Source: Eledone cirrhosa
Lineage: Eukaryota
Assembly: GCA_964016885.1 (NCBI GenBank)
Contig: OZ024744.1
Span: 43,896,001-43,960,000, forward strand
Reading direction: 5' to 3'
DNA: 64,000 nt
The notes beneath the pieces were generated by a model that saw only the letters and a program-made list of their open reading frames with translations, had not been told where the DNA came from and did not search any database. The position numbers and the translations under genes were made by a program. Below, piece after piece: positions 1-12,908 of this stretch. How positions within the stretch are numbered: the stretch's first letter is position 1; each line of letters starts with the position of its first letter.

Positions 1-945
1 TTCCTCTGCCACACAGACCCCAAGGCTTTTTGTATTTGGGCCTCTGTGGCTCTTTCCACCCTACGGGATTTTGTACTTACTGTACGGTACGTGACCGTAC
101 AGTGCTCTTGGGTTTCGAAAAAATTTTTCGCTGCCTTGCAGATTGCTCGGTGTCCGTTCTTTGTCACCATCTTCTTCGCTTCCTCTAATTCCTCATTTGT
201 TATGAGGATTGTTTCCAGGTTTTTCGCAATACCTGCAAATGAGATTGGTTTTTCTCTGCTGTTGTTGTTGTCGTCAGAGCTGCTGGTACTTTTGTTGTTG
301 CTGCAGGTACTACGACTACTGCCTCCGCCGCTGTTGCTGTGGTTGTTGTTGGTGTTGCTGCTGCTAATGCTGTTGTTGTTTATGCTGCTGGTGATGCTGT
401 TGCGGCTGCTACTGTTGTTTTCATTGTCACTGTTGCTGTTGTTATTACGGCTGCTACTGCTATTATTCCTGACGTCAGACGAATGAACTGGGTTTTCGTA
501 TTTCCCGCACACCTGTTTCGTCGCTGTCGTCGTCGTCGTGGAGAAACCTTGCACGCTTTGCACGAGACTTTTCTTTTCTTTCGTCGCTTGCGAAAGAGAA
601 GGTAGGGAGAGAGACACATTTAAAGAAGGGAGGGAGAGAGACAATCTTCTCTCTCCTGTAGTGATGATTGAGGAAGAAGAAGACGGAATGAGTGGGAGTG
701 ACGTGTGAAATTTTTTTTTTTTGGTAGCCATGTTTTTTTTGTTTAAAATGAAATTTTGGGTACAAAACCCCAATAACTGGCTATTCAACCCCGAAGGGCC
801 AAATAACGGACAGAAAGACCCCTCTCACGAGGAGGAGGGTGTCCTTATCAACAATTTGGTTCAAGTTTCAAACAATTTACAATTGTTTCAACGGTTAAAA
901 ACTACTATACCTTACAGAGCCGAGCCTCCGTCAACCATGGCATTC
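1..945 (-). mobile_element. Tx1/L1-clade LINE copy E0: 5' UTR and ORF1 N-terminus (type A 5' end), cut by the window edge
   Basis: Near-identical to 8270-9181 of copy E2. ORF1 ATG at 731. The 5' end (minus strand GAATGCCATGG) abuts the (AAT)n tail of the next copy. Confidence 0.85.
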
Positions 946-3135
946 AATAATAATAATAATAATAATAATGATTTCTTTATTAACCACAAGGGTTTACATA
1001 ATGTAGACATTAAGGACAGTACAGGACAATACAGGACGGTACAAATGGGTATTTCTGCGTGTAAAAAACAAGAAACAGAGGATGTAATAATAGAACAATG
1101 AAAAAATTCCTCAATATGGGGGGGGGGGGGAGACTTCCGAGGGACATTCGTGGAGAAAGCCCATAAAAAAAGCCACAGTGACCCTGACCACCAGGGCAAG
1201 TGCCCTCTCCCAGTTTTCCACCTTTAATTTACAGATATATACTCAGAGTAGGCCCATTCACTCGGGCCATTCTCGCCTCTCTCACCCATCTTTCAACAAA
1301 ATGCTGGGAAGAGAGCACTTCCCTCTCTACCCTGATTTTCCTTTTCAAATGAAATTTGAAAAAGTTAATCAGGGCATCGCCGAAGAGGTAAGTGCTCGTC
1401 TTCAGCCCTTTCAAACGTGTCCACCATACTATCTCTTTCGCCATGGCCACCAGACAGATAAAAACTGCCTGCCCTTCCCGGCTAAAAGAAGAGGACGGGG
1501 CAATCCTCACGATGGACTCAGCTGATAGCTGGATCCGTCCTACACGTGACAGCAGGTGTTCGACATAAACCCATAAGTCAGCAATGCTCGGACACTGGAC
1601 GAGTGCGTGCAGGACGGTTTCGTCGCCCTGCGCGCATCTCGGACATGCCCGACTGACGGCACCTCCATGCCTGTAGAGTTTATCCCGAACTGGCAGAGCT
1701 CCCCGGTAGCACTGCCAGGCCAGGGATTTCTGGAAATTGTCCATAGGCCCCGGCCCGTAAGTCCTTCCGAAAAGATTGGCTAGTTGATTTTCGTCGACGC
1801 CTAGAGTTTCTCCAAGTACGTCGTCGCTCTTCCCCTCCACGGCATGCCCAGACCTCCACGTAGCGGGTGTTGACAGCAGATGGACCGCCTGACGATCGGA
1901 GCGCGTCCCTTCCACATGGATGCGTCTTGTCACCGCATCCATGACAACTTGGGCGCCTACCTTCGACAGTCACGGGTAGATGGCTGCCGTCGTCCAGATC
2001 TATTACATCGAGGATGGCCTCAACGCGTTCGTGGTTTGCTTGGATGATTAACTCCATCCCCGACCCTGTCCAATTTTCCTGTCTTATTCGTATGACGTTA
2101 TGTATGGTTGTTGAATCCTCAACGTCAGCGAGGACGGCTGCCGTCAACCACGCCATCTCCACTGAGGGTGGAACCTGGCCTACTCGAACCCTCATGACTC
2201 TATGGCAATATGTGGGCATCATTGTGATTTCGTTGCTGCGGAGTGGCGCAATGGAGTGTGCTCTGGCAGCCTCTGGTGTAGTGAAGAGCACATCCACAGT
2301 GCCATATCTCGATCCCCGGGCTATATATGTTTTCTGTGCCCAGACGGCACCCATAGCCCTTTGGACCTGTGACTCTGTTGCCCGTTCAACTCGCCTGGAT
2401 TTTGATCCGAACACAAAAGTTTGTTTCTTATTATTTCAGCTGGGCGGGTGAGACTAACTCTGTGTCCGGTTTTTTTTACCAAGACCTTTGCTTGTTTTAT
2501 CTCTTCGTTAGTGATGTGTATTTGCTCAAACTTGGTCGCTTTCGCGAAAGATGTGTTTGTTTTGATTTGTGTGGACACGTTACTAGTTTGTCTTTGTTGC
2601 TGTGGTCGATATTTTTGTTTGTTTCTTTTTCCTCTGTGTTGCCGCTGTTATAGTTGTTGTTCTTTGGGTTCTTTGTGGTTGTTGCTGTTGTTATTGTTGT
2701 TATTGGGGTGGTAGTGGTGTTTGATTTCTGTAACGCAGGAAATTTTTCGTTATAATTTTCACTACTGCTACTACAGTTCCAGTGACAGCTGCTGATGATG
2801 TCATTATCACTCTCACTGTCGCTGCTGCTGCTGTTTCTCTTACTTATTACTTTGCCTTGTGATTGGGTGAAAATGGCTGTTCCACCCTCTGAACAACTCG
2901 CTGTTCCTCCCTGTGGACAATTTTCTTTGACCGCCATGTTTTTTTTTAATTTCAGGGTTATGATTGTAAATAAAAGGAAATTTAGCCCTCAAGGGCGCGA
3001 GATACAGTTTCAAAAACCACCTCCTTTGACAGAGAGGTTCTTTAACTACACACCGATGTAAAAAATATTATTGGAACTTTCGATAACTCGTAAAAATTCA
3101 ACCAACTTACTCCGCCGTAGTTACCGCCGTCTTGT
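946..3135 (-). mobile_element. LINE copy E1, internally deleted (type B 5'/ORF1 joined to the ORF2 3' end and 3' UTR)
   Basis: (AAT)8 tail at 946-969. ORF2 C-terminus matches E2 (CPRC..HALVQC zinc motif). Deletion junctions near 1840 and 1915. Frameshifted ORF1 pieces at 1915-2937 include GTVDVLFTTPE and CHGCGDKTH. Confidence 0.85.
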
Positions 3136-3151
3136 AATGATAACAACAACA

Positions 3152-3204
<53 letters not shown>

Positions 3205-3464
3205 TTTCTTTATTAACCACAAGGGTTTACATAAAGCAGACATTAAGGACAGTGCAGGACAATGCAGGACAGTACAAATGGGCATTTCTGCGTGTAAAAA
3301 AACAAAAACAGAGGATGTAACAAAAATAACAATGAAAATAACAATGAAAAATTCCCCAATAGGGGGGAGACTTCGGAGGGACATTTGTGGAGAAAGCCCA
3401 GTAAAAAGCCACAATGACCCTGACCACCAAGGCAAGTGCCCTCTCCCAGTTTTCCACCTTTAGT

Positions 3465-6400
3465 TTACAGATATATACTCAGAGTCGGCCCATTCACTCG
3501 GGCCATTCTTGCTTCTCTCACCCATCTTTCAACAAAATGCTGGGAAGAGAGCACTTCCTTCTCTACTCTGATTTTCCTTTTCAAATGAAATTTGAAAAAG
3601 TCAATCAGAGCATCACCGAAGAGGTAAGTGCTCGTCTTCAGCCCTTTCAAACGTGTCCACCATACTATCTCTTTCGCCATGGCCACCAGACAGATAAAAA
3701 CTGCCTGCCCTTCCCGGCTAAAGGAGGAGGGCGGGGCAATCCTCACGATAGACTCAGATGATAGCTGGATCCGTCCTAAACGCGACAGCAGGTGTTCGAC
3801 ATAAACCCACAAGTCAGCAATTTTCGGACACTGGACGAGTGCGTGCAGGACGGTTTCGTCGCCCTGCGCGCATCTCGGACATGCCCGGCTGACGGCACCT
3901 CCATGCCTGTAGAGTTTATCCCGAACTGGCAAGGCTCCTCGGTAGCACTGCCAGGCCAGAGATTTCTGGAAGTTGTCCATAGGCCCTGGCCCGAAAGTTC
4001 TTCCGAAGAGATTGGCTAGTTGATTTTCGTCGACGCCTAGAGTTTCCCCAAGTACGTCGTCGCTCTTCCCCTCCACTAATCCTCTATAGAACGCCGAGGT
4101 GGAGTTTCCACCGATCACATTGCCCGATTGGTCGAGGGCTGTGAGCGCCTGAAGACATTCCAGTCTCCAGGCGCTCCCTCTCGGTCTTCGCTTGACCCAG
4201 GACTGCAGCTCCGTCAAGGAAACGAGCTGGGGAAAAACGCGTCTAGCAAACGGCGACCACACCTGATCACCGTCGAGGAAGAGGTGGAGATGTCGTAGCC
4301 TGAGCGCGTGCCTGCGCATCATCAGCCACGGCATGCCCAGCCCTCCACGTAGCGGGTGTTGACAACAGATGGACCGCCTGACCATCGGAGCACGTCCCTT
4401 CCACAAAAAGCGAAAGAGCAAACGCTCCAGCGCAGTCAGGCGAGGCTTAGGACAAGGTACGACGGTTAGGCGGTAGCAGATGACAGACGCGATGTACGCG
4501 TTAGCCACCTCCGCTCGACCTTTCAGGGATAGCTTCCTCTCCGCCCATTTCTGGGTGAGAGAAGCCACCCTGCTCGTCACCTCGTCCCAGTTTTTGTCCG
4601 TCTGGAGGTCCGGACCGAACCAGACCCCTAGCAATTTAACCGGTCCGTCCGTCCAGCGCCCGACGACGCTGTTGGACGGCATGGACCTGCCTCTCCAGGT
4701 GCCGAGCTGCAGGCCCACTGACTTTTCCTGGTTGATCATTGCTCCTGTCACCGCTTCGTATTCTCTTAGTGTAGTGCCGATCGCCTCGATGTGTTTGGCG
4801 TTCGACACCACTACGGTGACATCGTCCGCATATGCTGACACGGATCTTCCGCATCCTAGTTCGCGCGGGACCCCCCTCAACGTCTCCAGTTTGTGCAGTA
4901 ATAGCTCGAGAGTCAATACGTACAAGAGGGACGAGAGGGGACATCCTTGGCGGACCGAGCGCATGATGTTGAACGGTTCCGACAGGTGACCGTTCACTCT
5001 CACCACAGAGCAGATGTCGCTGTGCATGGCAGCGATCCAGCCTCTGAAGACGGGCCCAAAGCCAGCCGCCCTCAGGACTGCCGCTAGGTAACGATGGTCG
5101 ACCCTATCGAAAGCTTTCGACTGATCTAAATTGATCAAGGACCCACCCGTGCCAGGTTCCCTAGCTACCCTCTCTACGATGTATCGCATGAGGTGGAGGT
5201 TGTCGTGGATGGATCTGTCGGGAATGGCGCATGTCTGCGCCTCTCCCACCAGACCACCAACGACAAGCGCCAACCTCTTTGCTAGCACCTTGGCCAAAAT
5301 CTTAAACTCTGTGTTTAGCAGAGTTATGGGCCGGAAATTGTCTATGTTATCCCCCTTGTTCGGATCCTTTCTCAGCAGTGCCACCGCTCCTCGGCTCACA
5401 GAACTGGGAATTCTCCCGTTCTGTTGCCAGTTGCAGTAGACGTCCGCTAAGAGGCCTCCGAACAAGTCTGGCATCTGTACGTAAAGTTCATAGGGCAGAC
5501 CATCCAAACCAGGCGATTTACCCCTTGTGCAGCCAGTCATTGCCTCCCGTACTTCAGCGGCTGTTATCGGCTTTTCGCAACACCTCGCCTCAGTGGCCGA
5601 GAGCCGCGGCAGTCCGTCGAGGTAGACACTAAAGTCCATCCCTCTACCCGGCCCCCCGCTGCCCCCGAACAGCTGAGCGAAGTGTCGCTGAAAAGCTTCA
5701 CACATTTGCCCGGGATCGAGTAGCATGCGCCCGTCGTGGTCCACCAAAGACCGGATCGTGGCTTTGTTGCCACGACGCGCCTCCGCCACTCGGGCCCATT
5801 GAACGGCTTTCGTCCCCTCGTGTCTGAGAGCACGCACCCTTGCTCTGACAACGCAGCCTTCGTGCTTTGCATTGAAGAATTGGTCAAGGGCCAATTTCGC
5901 CGCAAGCACGTCGGTCGCAATGCCTTTGCTAAGCGCCTCGTCTAATTTTCTAACTAGTTCTCCCTCTGCTCTATTTTTCTCTATTGCTAAAGCCTTACTA
6001 AACCTAATCGATTCTATTCTAATCGCTCTTTTCAGAGCAAACCACCACTTGTTGTTGACGATGGCCCCCGTCAACGCCCGCTTAACTAGTTCGCTAATCC
6101 GGTCTCTGTAGGCCTTGCGCGCTGGTAAGGACGCGTTTAGCTTCCAGTAGCCGGGGCCTCGTCTATGAAGCCTATCTAAGTCAACCACACAGATCACGAA
6201 TTTGTGGTCCGTGTAGCTGACTATCTTGAATTGTGGACAGCCTATGCTAGACCTATCTATTTCCCTACAAAATACTCTATCTAGATATGATCTGGATGAC
6301 CCTATGCGGTTTGTCCAAGTCCACATTGGCACATTCGGGAAATCCAATCGGTACCTGTCAGACAGTTCAAAACGCCTGAGCAGGTTGGTGAGGCTCTTGC

Positions 6401-6883
6401 ACCCTCCACCCCTATCCGCTAATCCACACAGTCCCAGCGTGCATCTAAGATCCCGTTCCAGTCGCCCACTAACACTAAAGAGCGGGACGTTCCAAGAAAG
6501 GTCTCCAGACGCCGGAAGAAATCAGGCCGCCCTGCTCCTGTCGGGGCATAGACGGCCACTAGCCTGAAAGCTTGCCCGTCTCCGCTGGTCACGTCCAGCA
6601 CCACCAGCTTACCCTCTGGGTCCAGGAAGATGGCCCGTATGGCGAGATCCAAACCTCTCCGAAAAAGCACAGCAACTCCTCCACCGGATCCAGGACGGCT
6701 GGGAGATGCGTACACATCGAAGCCGCCGAAGATCGGTGCGAAGGCCCGTGCTTCGGAGATTCTGGTCTCGCTGATGGCCACTACATCTATGTTTAGTGAG
6801 CTGAGGTCGTTGAGCAGGTGACCCTGCTTCCATGACGACCCCAAGCCACGCGCATTTATGCTGCCTATTCTGAGTGAGGTCAT
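3465..6883 (-). pseudogene. ORF2 of E2: AP endonuclease + reverse transcriptase + C-terminal zinc motif, with one 1-bp frameshift near 6425
   Basis: APE motifs SINARGL, ISET, VYAP, VGDWN, YLDR and TDH. RT motifs KSPGLDG, FRPITLLN, DQSKAFDRV, VRQGCPLS and YADD. C-terminal CPRC-x-HALVQC. The frameshift is evident from comparison with E3 (aatccacac vs aatcccacac). Confidence 0.93.
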
Positions 6884-6918
6884 GTTTAAAATAGAGTGGA
6901 AAAGATGGGAAAGACCAC

Positions 6919-8966
6919 TTACCGTACTTTTGGTAGAGGAGGGATGGTTTTTACATCCCTTTTCACTTGATCGTCTGGTGAAGGGACCGTTGAATCGTCC
7001 CTTCGGCTGGTCGTCGGCTCTTCTAAGAGAATGTCTGAGTATACTCTTCGATTGATGGTTCCTCCTAGGTCCCTGAAATCACCAACTGCGTTGGGGAATT
7101 TCGTTTTAATATTTGTGTATTGTTTCTGTGCTATTTTTAGCAGTCTTATGTTAGTTGGCGTTTTGATTGGTGCTGGTATTATGTAGTCCTGTTGTGAAAT
7201 GTCTGTGTGTTCAATTATGTAAGTCATTAGTTTCTTGTTGTGTGTATTTATTGCCGTGCATTTGTTTTTCTGGGGGTGGGGTGTGGTTCTGCTATTTTCT
7301 TGTCGTTGTTGCTGGGTGTGTGTGTTTTGTTGTTGTGTTTGCGATGTTGGTGCTTATGGTGGTGGTGTTAAAGGTGTTGTTGGCGGTGGTGATGGTGGTG
7401 CTAGTGTGGGTGGTGATGGTGTTGGTGTTGTTGCTGCTGTGGGTCTCTTTGCAGTAGACTTTACCCTTTTCTCATTTCTTTCCTCCCTTTTCAAAGGCGA
7501 CGATGCGCTGCTTCTGCGTTTGTGCCTTCTTACGACCTTTTGCCATCCCTCTCCCACCTCACACTCCATGTCTGATTCTGTGAGGTCGGGGAGGGGTACC
7601 AGCTCCACTCTTTCACTTGTTGTTGGTGATGTTTGCACTGGAGTCTCTGTTGCAGCTGCATTTGGTATTGCTGTTGTTGTTGTTAATATTTCCACTGCTG
7701 CTGCTGTTTTTGATTTCCGTGGAGTGGGTATGGGTGCCACGGACCTATCGTTCCTGGTTGCCGCTTGTCCTGTTGCTGGTAGCCGTGGAGCCGGATTCGG
7801 AAGGAGGGGTGTTTTCTCCTTTCTCAGGGTCTTCTCGTTGCAGAAGGCCCTGAGGTGAGTCTTCGATCCACAGCGAAAGCATTTCGGGCATTTGCCCTCA
7901 ACACTTATGGGCAGTTGAGTGCCGTTATCGAAGTCTATCACATCCGGGATAGCTTCGATGCACTCCTGGTTGGTTTGGATTAGCATCTCAATGGAGGAGC
8001 CGACCCAATCTTCTCTTACTTTTTTCTGTACTTGCAGTACAGTTGTTTTGTCCTCGATTCCGATTAGGACAGACGCGGCCAGCAAAGAAGGGGTCATTCC
8101 GGGGGGACGTGGGTCAGTTTGACCCTCACAATTTTTTGCCCGCAGTAGGAGGGCACCAACACCATTTCCTCGCTCCTTAGGGTCACTACTGATTGGGCTT
8201 TTGCCTCCTGGGGTGTGGCAAAAAGTACGTCTACGGTGGCATATTTTTTGCCTCGGGTGATGTGCGTTTTCCGCTGCCACACAGACCCCAAGGCATTTTG
8301 TATTTGGGCCTCTGTGGCTCTTTCCACCCTACGGGATTTTGTACTTACTGTACGGTACGTGACCGTACAGTGCTCTTGGGTTTCGAAAAATTTTTCCGCT
8401 GCCTTGCAGATTGCTCGGTGTCCGTTCTTTGTCACCATCTTCTTCGCTTCCTCTAATTCCTCATTTGTTATGAGGATTGTTTCCAAGTTTTTCGCAATAC
8501 CTGCAAATGAGATTGGTTTTTCTCTGCTGTTGTTGTTGCCGTCAGAGCTGCTGGTACTTTTGTTGTTGCTGCAGGTACTACGACTACTGCCTCCGCCGCT
8601 GTTGCTGTGGTTGTTGTTGGTGTTGCTGGTGATGCTGTTGCGGCTGCTACTGTTGTTTTCATTGTCACTGTTGCTGTTGTTATTACGGCTGCTACTGCTA
8701 TTATTCCTGACGTCAGACGAATGAACTGGGTTTTCGTATTTCCCGCACACCTGTTTCGTCGCTGTCGTCGTCGTCGTGGAGAAACCTTGCACGCTTTGCA
8801 CGAGACTTTTCTTTTCTTTCGTCACTTGCGAAAGAGAAGGGAGGGAGAGAGACACATTTAAAGAAGGGGGGGAGAGAGACAATCTTCTCTCTGCTGTAGT
8901 GATGATTGAGGAAGAAGAAGACGGAATGAGTGGGAGTGACGTATGAAATTTCTTTTTTGTAGCCAT
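6919..8966 (-). pseudogene. ORF1 (gag-like) of E2, disrupted
   Basis: Fragments 8966-8094, 8280-7354 and 7227-6919. Ser/Asn-rich N-terminus, YATVDVLFATP RNA-binding-like block, CCHC knuckle CFRCGSKTHLRAFC, Pro/Thr linker and a C-terminal KFPNAVGDFR block. Confidence 0.85.
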
Positions 8967-9181
8967 GTTGTTTTTTGTTTAAAATGAAATTTTGGGTACA
9001 AAACCCCAATAACTGGTTATTTAACCCCGAAGGGCCAAATAACGGACAGAAAGACCCCTCTCACGAGGAGGAGGGTGTCTTTATCAACAATTTGGTTCAA
9101 GTTTTAAACAATTTACAATTGTTTTAACGGTTAAAAATTACTATACCTTACAGAGCCGAGCCTCCGTCAACCATGGCATTC

Positions 9182-9212
<31 letters not shown>

Positions 9213-9455
9213 TTTTCTTTATTAACCACAAGGGTTCACATAAAGTAGACATTAAGGACAGTACAGGACAATACAGGACGGTACAAATGGGCATTTCTGC
9301 GTGTAAAAAAAACAGAGGTTGAAATAAAATAACAAAGAAAAATTCCCCAATAGGGGGGAGACTTCCAAGGGACATTTGTGGAGAAAGCCCATTAAAAGAC
9401 CACAGTGGCCCTGACCACCAGGGCAAGTGCCCTCTCCCAGTTTTCCACCTTTAAT

Positions 9456-12400
9456 TTACAGACACATACTCAGAGAAGGCCCATTCATTCGGGCCATACT
9501 TGCTTCTCTCACCCATCTTTCAACAAAATGCTGGGAAGAGAGCACGTCCCTCTCTACCCTGATTTTCCTTTTCAAATGAAATTTGAAAAAGTTAATCAGG
9601 GCATCACCGAAGAGGTAAGTGCTCGTCTTCAGCCCTTTCAAACGTGTCCACCATACTATCTCTTTCGCCATGGCCACCAGACAGATAAAAACTGCCTGCC
9701 CTTCCCGGCTAAAGGAAGAGGGCGGGGCAATCCTCACGATGGACTCAGCTGATAGCTGGATCCGTCCTACACGTGACAGCAGGTGTTCGACATAAACCCA
9801 CAAGTCAGCAATGCTCGGACATTGGACGAGTGCGTGCAGGACGGTTTCGTCGCCCTGTGCGCATCTCGGACATGCCCGGCTGACGGCACCTCCATGCCTG
9901 TAAAGTTTATCCCGAACTGGCAAAGCACCCCGGTAGCACTGCCAGGCCAGGGATTTCTGGAAGTTGTCCATAGGCCCCGGCCCGAAAGTCCTTCAGAAGA
10001 GATTGGCTAGTTGATTTTCGTCGACGCCTAGAGTTTCTCCAAGTACGTCGTCGCTCTTCCCCTCCACTAATCCCCTATAGAACGCCAAGGTGGAGTTTCC
10101 ACCGATCACATTGCCCGATTGGTCGAGGGCTGTGAGCGCCTGAAGACATTCCAGTCTCCAAGCGCTCCCTCTCGGTCTTCGCTTGACCCAGGACTGCAGC
10201 TCCGTCAAGGAGACGAGCTGGGGAAAAACGTGTCTAGCAAACGGCGTCCACACCTGATCACCGTCGAGGAAGAGGTGGAGATGTCGTAGCCTGAGCGCGT
10301 GTCTGCGCATCATCAGCCACGGCATGCCCAGCCCTCCACGTAGCGGGTGTTGACAGCAGATGGACCGCCTGACCATCGGAGCGCGTCCCTTCCACAAGAA
10401 GCGAAAGAGCAAACGCTCCAGCGCAGTCAGGCGGGGCTTAGGACAAGGTACGACGGTCAGGCGGTAGTAGATGACGGACGCGATGTACGCATTCGCCACC
10501 TCCGCTCGACCTTTCAGGGATAGCTTCCTCTCCGCCCATTTCTGGGTGAGAGAAGCCACCCTGCTCGTCACCTCGTCCCAGTTTTTGTCCGTCTGGAGGT
10601 CTGGACCGAACCAGACCCCTAGCAATTTAACCGGTCCGTCCGTCCAGCGCCCGACGACGCTGTTGGACGGCATGGACCTGCCTCTCCAGGTGCCGAGCTG
10701 CAGGCCCACTGACTTTTCCTGGTTGATCATTGCTCCTGTCACCGCTTCGTATTCTCTTAGTGTAGTGCCGATCGCCTCGATGTGTTTGGCGTTCGACACC
10801 ACTACGGTGACATCGTCGGCATATGCTGACACGGATCTTCCGCATCCTAGTTCGCGCGGGACCCCCCTCAACGTCTCCAGTTTGTGCAGTAATGGCTCGA
10901 GAGTCAATACGTACAAGAGGGACGAGAGGGGACATCCTTGGCGGACCGAGCGCATGATGTTGAACGGTTCCGAAAGGTGACCGTTCACTCTCACTACAGA
11001 GCAGATGTCGCTGTGCATGGCAGAGATCCAGCCTCTGAAGACGGGCCCAAAGCCAGCCGCCCTCAGGACTGCCGCTAGCTAACGATGGTCGACCCTATCG
11101 AAGGCTTTTGACTGATCTAAATTGATCAAAGACCCACCCGTGCCAGGTTCCCTAGCTACCCTCTCTACGATGTATCGCATGAGGTGGAGGTTGTCGTGAA
11201 TGGATCTGTCGGGAATGGCGCATGTCTGTGCCTCTCCCACCAGACCACCAACGACAAGCGCCAACCTCTTTGCTAGCACCTTGGCCAAAATCTTGAACTC
11301 TGTGTTTAGCAGAGTTATGGGCCTAAAATTATCTATGTTATCCCCCTTGTTCGGATCCTTTCTCAGCAGCGCCACAGCTCCTCGGCTCACAGAGCTGGGA
11401 ATTCTCCCGTTCTGTTGCCAGTTGCAGTAGACGTCCGCCAAGAGGCCTCCGAACAAGTTTGGCATTTGTACGTAAAGTTCATATGGCAGACCATCTAAAC
11501 CAGGCGATTTACCCCTTGTGCAACTAGTCATTGCATCCCGTACTTCAGCGGTTGTTATCGGCTTTTCGCAACACTCCGCCTCAGTGGCCGAAAGCCGCGG
11601 CAGTCCGTCGAGGTAGATACTAAAGTCCATTCCTCGATCCGGCCTGCCACTGCCCCCGAACATTTGAGCGAAGTGTCGCTGAAAAGCTTCACACATTTGC
11701 CCGGGATCGAGTAGCATGCGCCCGTCGTGGTCCACCAAAGACCGGATCGTGGCTTTGTTGCCACGACGCGCCTCCTCCACTCGGGTCCATTGAACGGCTT
11801 TCGTCCCCTCGTGTCTGAGAGCACGCACCCTAGCTCTGACAACGCAGCCTTCGTGCTTTGCATTGAAGAATTGGTCAAGGGCCAATTTCGCCGCAAGTAC
11901 GTCGGTCGCGATGCCTTTGCTAAGCGCCTCATCTAATTTTCTAACTAATTCTCCCTCTGCTCTATTTTTCTCTATTGCTAAAATCTTACTAAACCTAATG
12001 GACTCTATTCTAATTGCTCTTTTCAGAGCAAACCACCACTTATTTTTGACGATGGCCCCCGTCAACGCCCGCTTAACTAGTTCGCTAATCCGGTCTCCGT
12101 AGGCCTTGCGCGCTGGTAAGGACGCGTTTAGTTTCCAGTAGCCGGGTCCTCGTCTATGAAGCCTATCTAAGTCCAGCACACAGATCACGAATTTGTGGTC
12201 CGTGTAGCTGACTATCTTGAATTGTTGTCAGCCTATGCTAGACCTATCTATTTCCCTACAAAATACTCTATCTAGATATGATCTGGATGACCCTATGCGA
12301 TTTGTCCAAGTCCACATTGGTACATTCGGGAAATCCATTCGGTACCTGTCAGACAGTTCAAAACGTCTGAGCAGGTTGGTGAGACTCTTGCACCCTCCTT

Positions 12401-12874
12401 CCCTATCCACTAATCCCACACAATCCCAGCGTGCATCTAAGATCCCGTTCCAGTCGCCCACTAACACTAAAGAGCGGGACGTTCCAAGAAAGGTCTCCAG
12501 ACGCCGGAAGAAATCAGGCCGCCCTGCTCCTGTCGGGGCATAGACGGCCACTAACCTGAAAGCTTGGCCGTCTCCGCTGGTCACGTCCAGCACCACCAAC
12601 TTACCTTCTGGGTCCAGGAAGATGGCCCGTATGGCAAGATCCAAACCTCTCCGAAAAAGCACAGCAACTCCCCCCCCCCCGATACCGGACGGCTGGGAGA
12701 TGCGTACACATCGTAGCCGCCGAAGATCGGTGCGAAAGCCCGTGCTTCGGAGATTCTGGTCTCGCTGATGGCCACTACATCTATGTTTAGTGAGCTGAGG
12801 TCGTTGAGCAGGTGGCCCTGCTTCCATGACCTCAAGCCACGCGCATTTATGCTGCCTATTCTGAGTGAGGTCAT
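9456..12874 (-). pseudogene. ORF2 of E3 (APE-RT) with premature stops (~9993, ~11079, ~12228) and frameshifting near 12670
   Basis: Same APE and RT motifs as E2, split over the listed ORFs. Confidence 0.9.
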
Positions 12875-12908
12875 GTTGAAAAGGAGTGGAAAAGATGGGA
12901 AAGACCAC

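Larger units (their letters stand above)
3136..9181 (-). mobile_element. Full-length ~6-kb Tx1/L1-clade non-LTR retrotransposon, copy E2 (type A 5' end)
   Basis: 5' UTR, ORF1 (8966-6919), 35-bp spacer, ORF2 (6883-3465), 3' UTR and (AAT)n tail at about 3152-3202. Confidence 0.92.

Noticed and set aside
6919-8966. Programmed frameshift or three-ORF organisation of ORF1
   Set aside because: Frame breaks fall at different places in E1, E2, E3 and E5, consistent with decay or sequencing indels in a single ancestral ORF.
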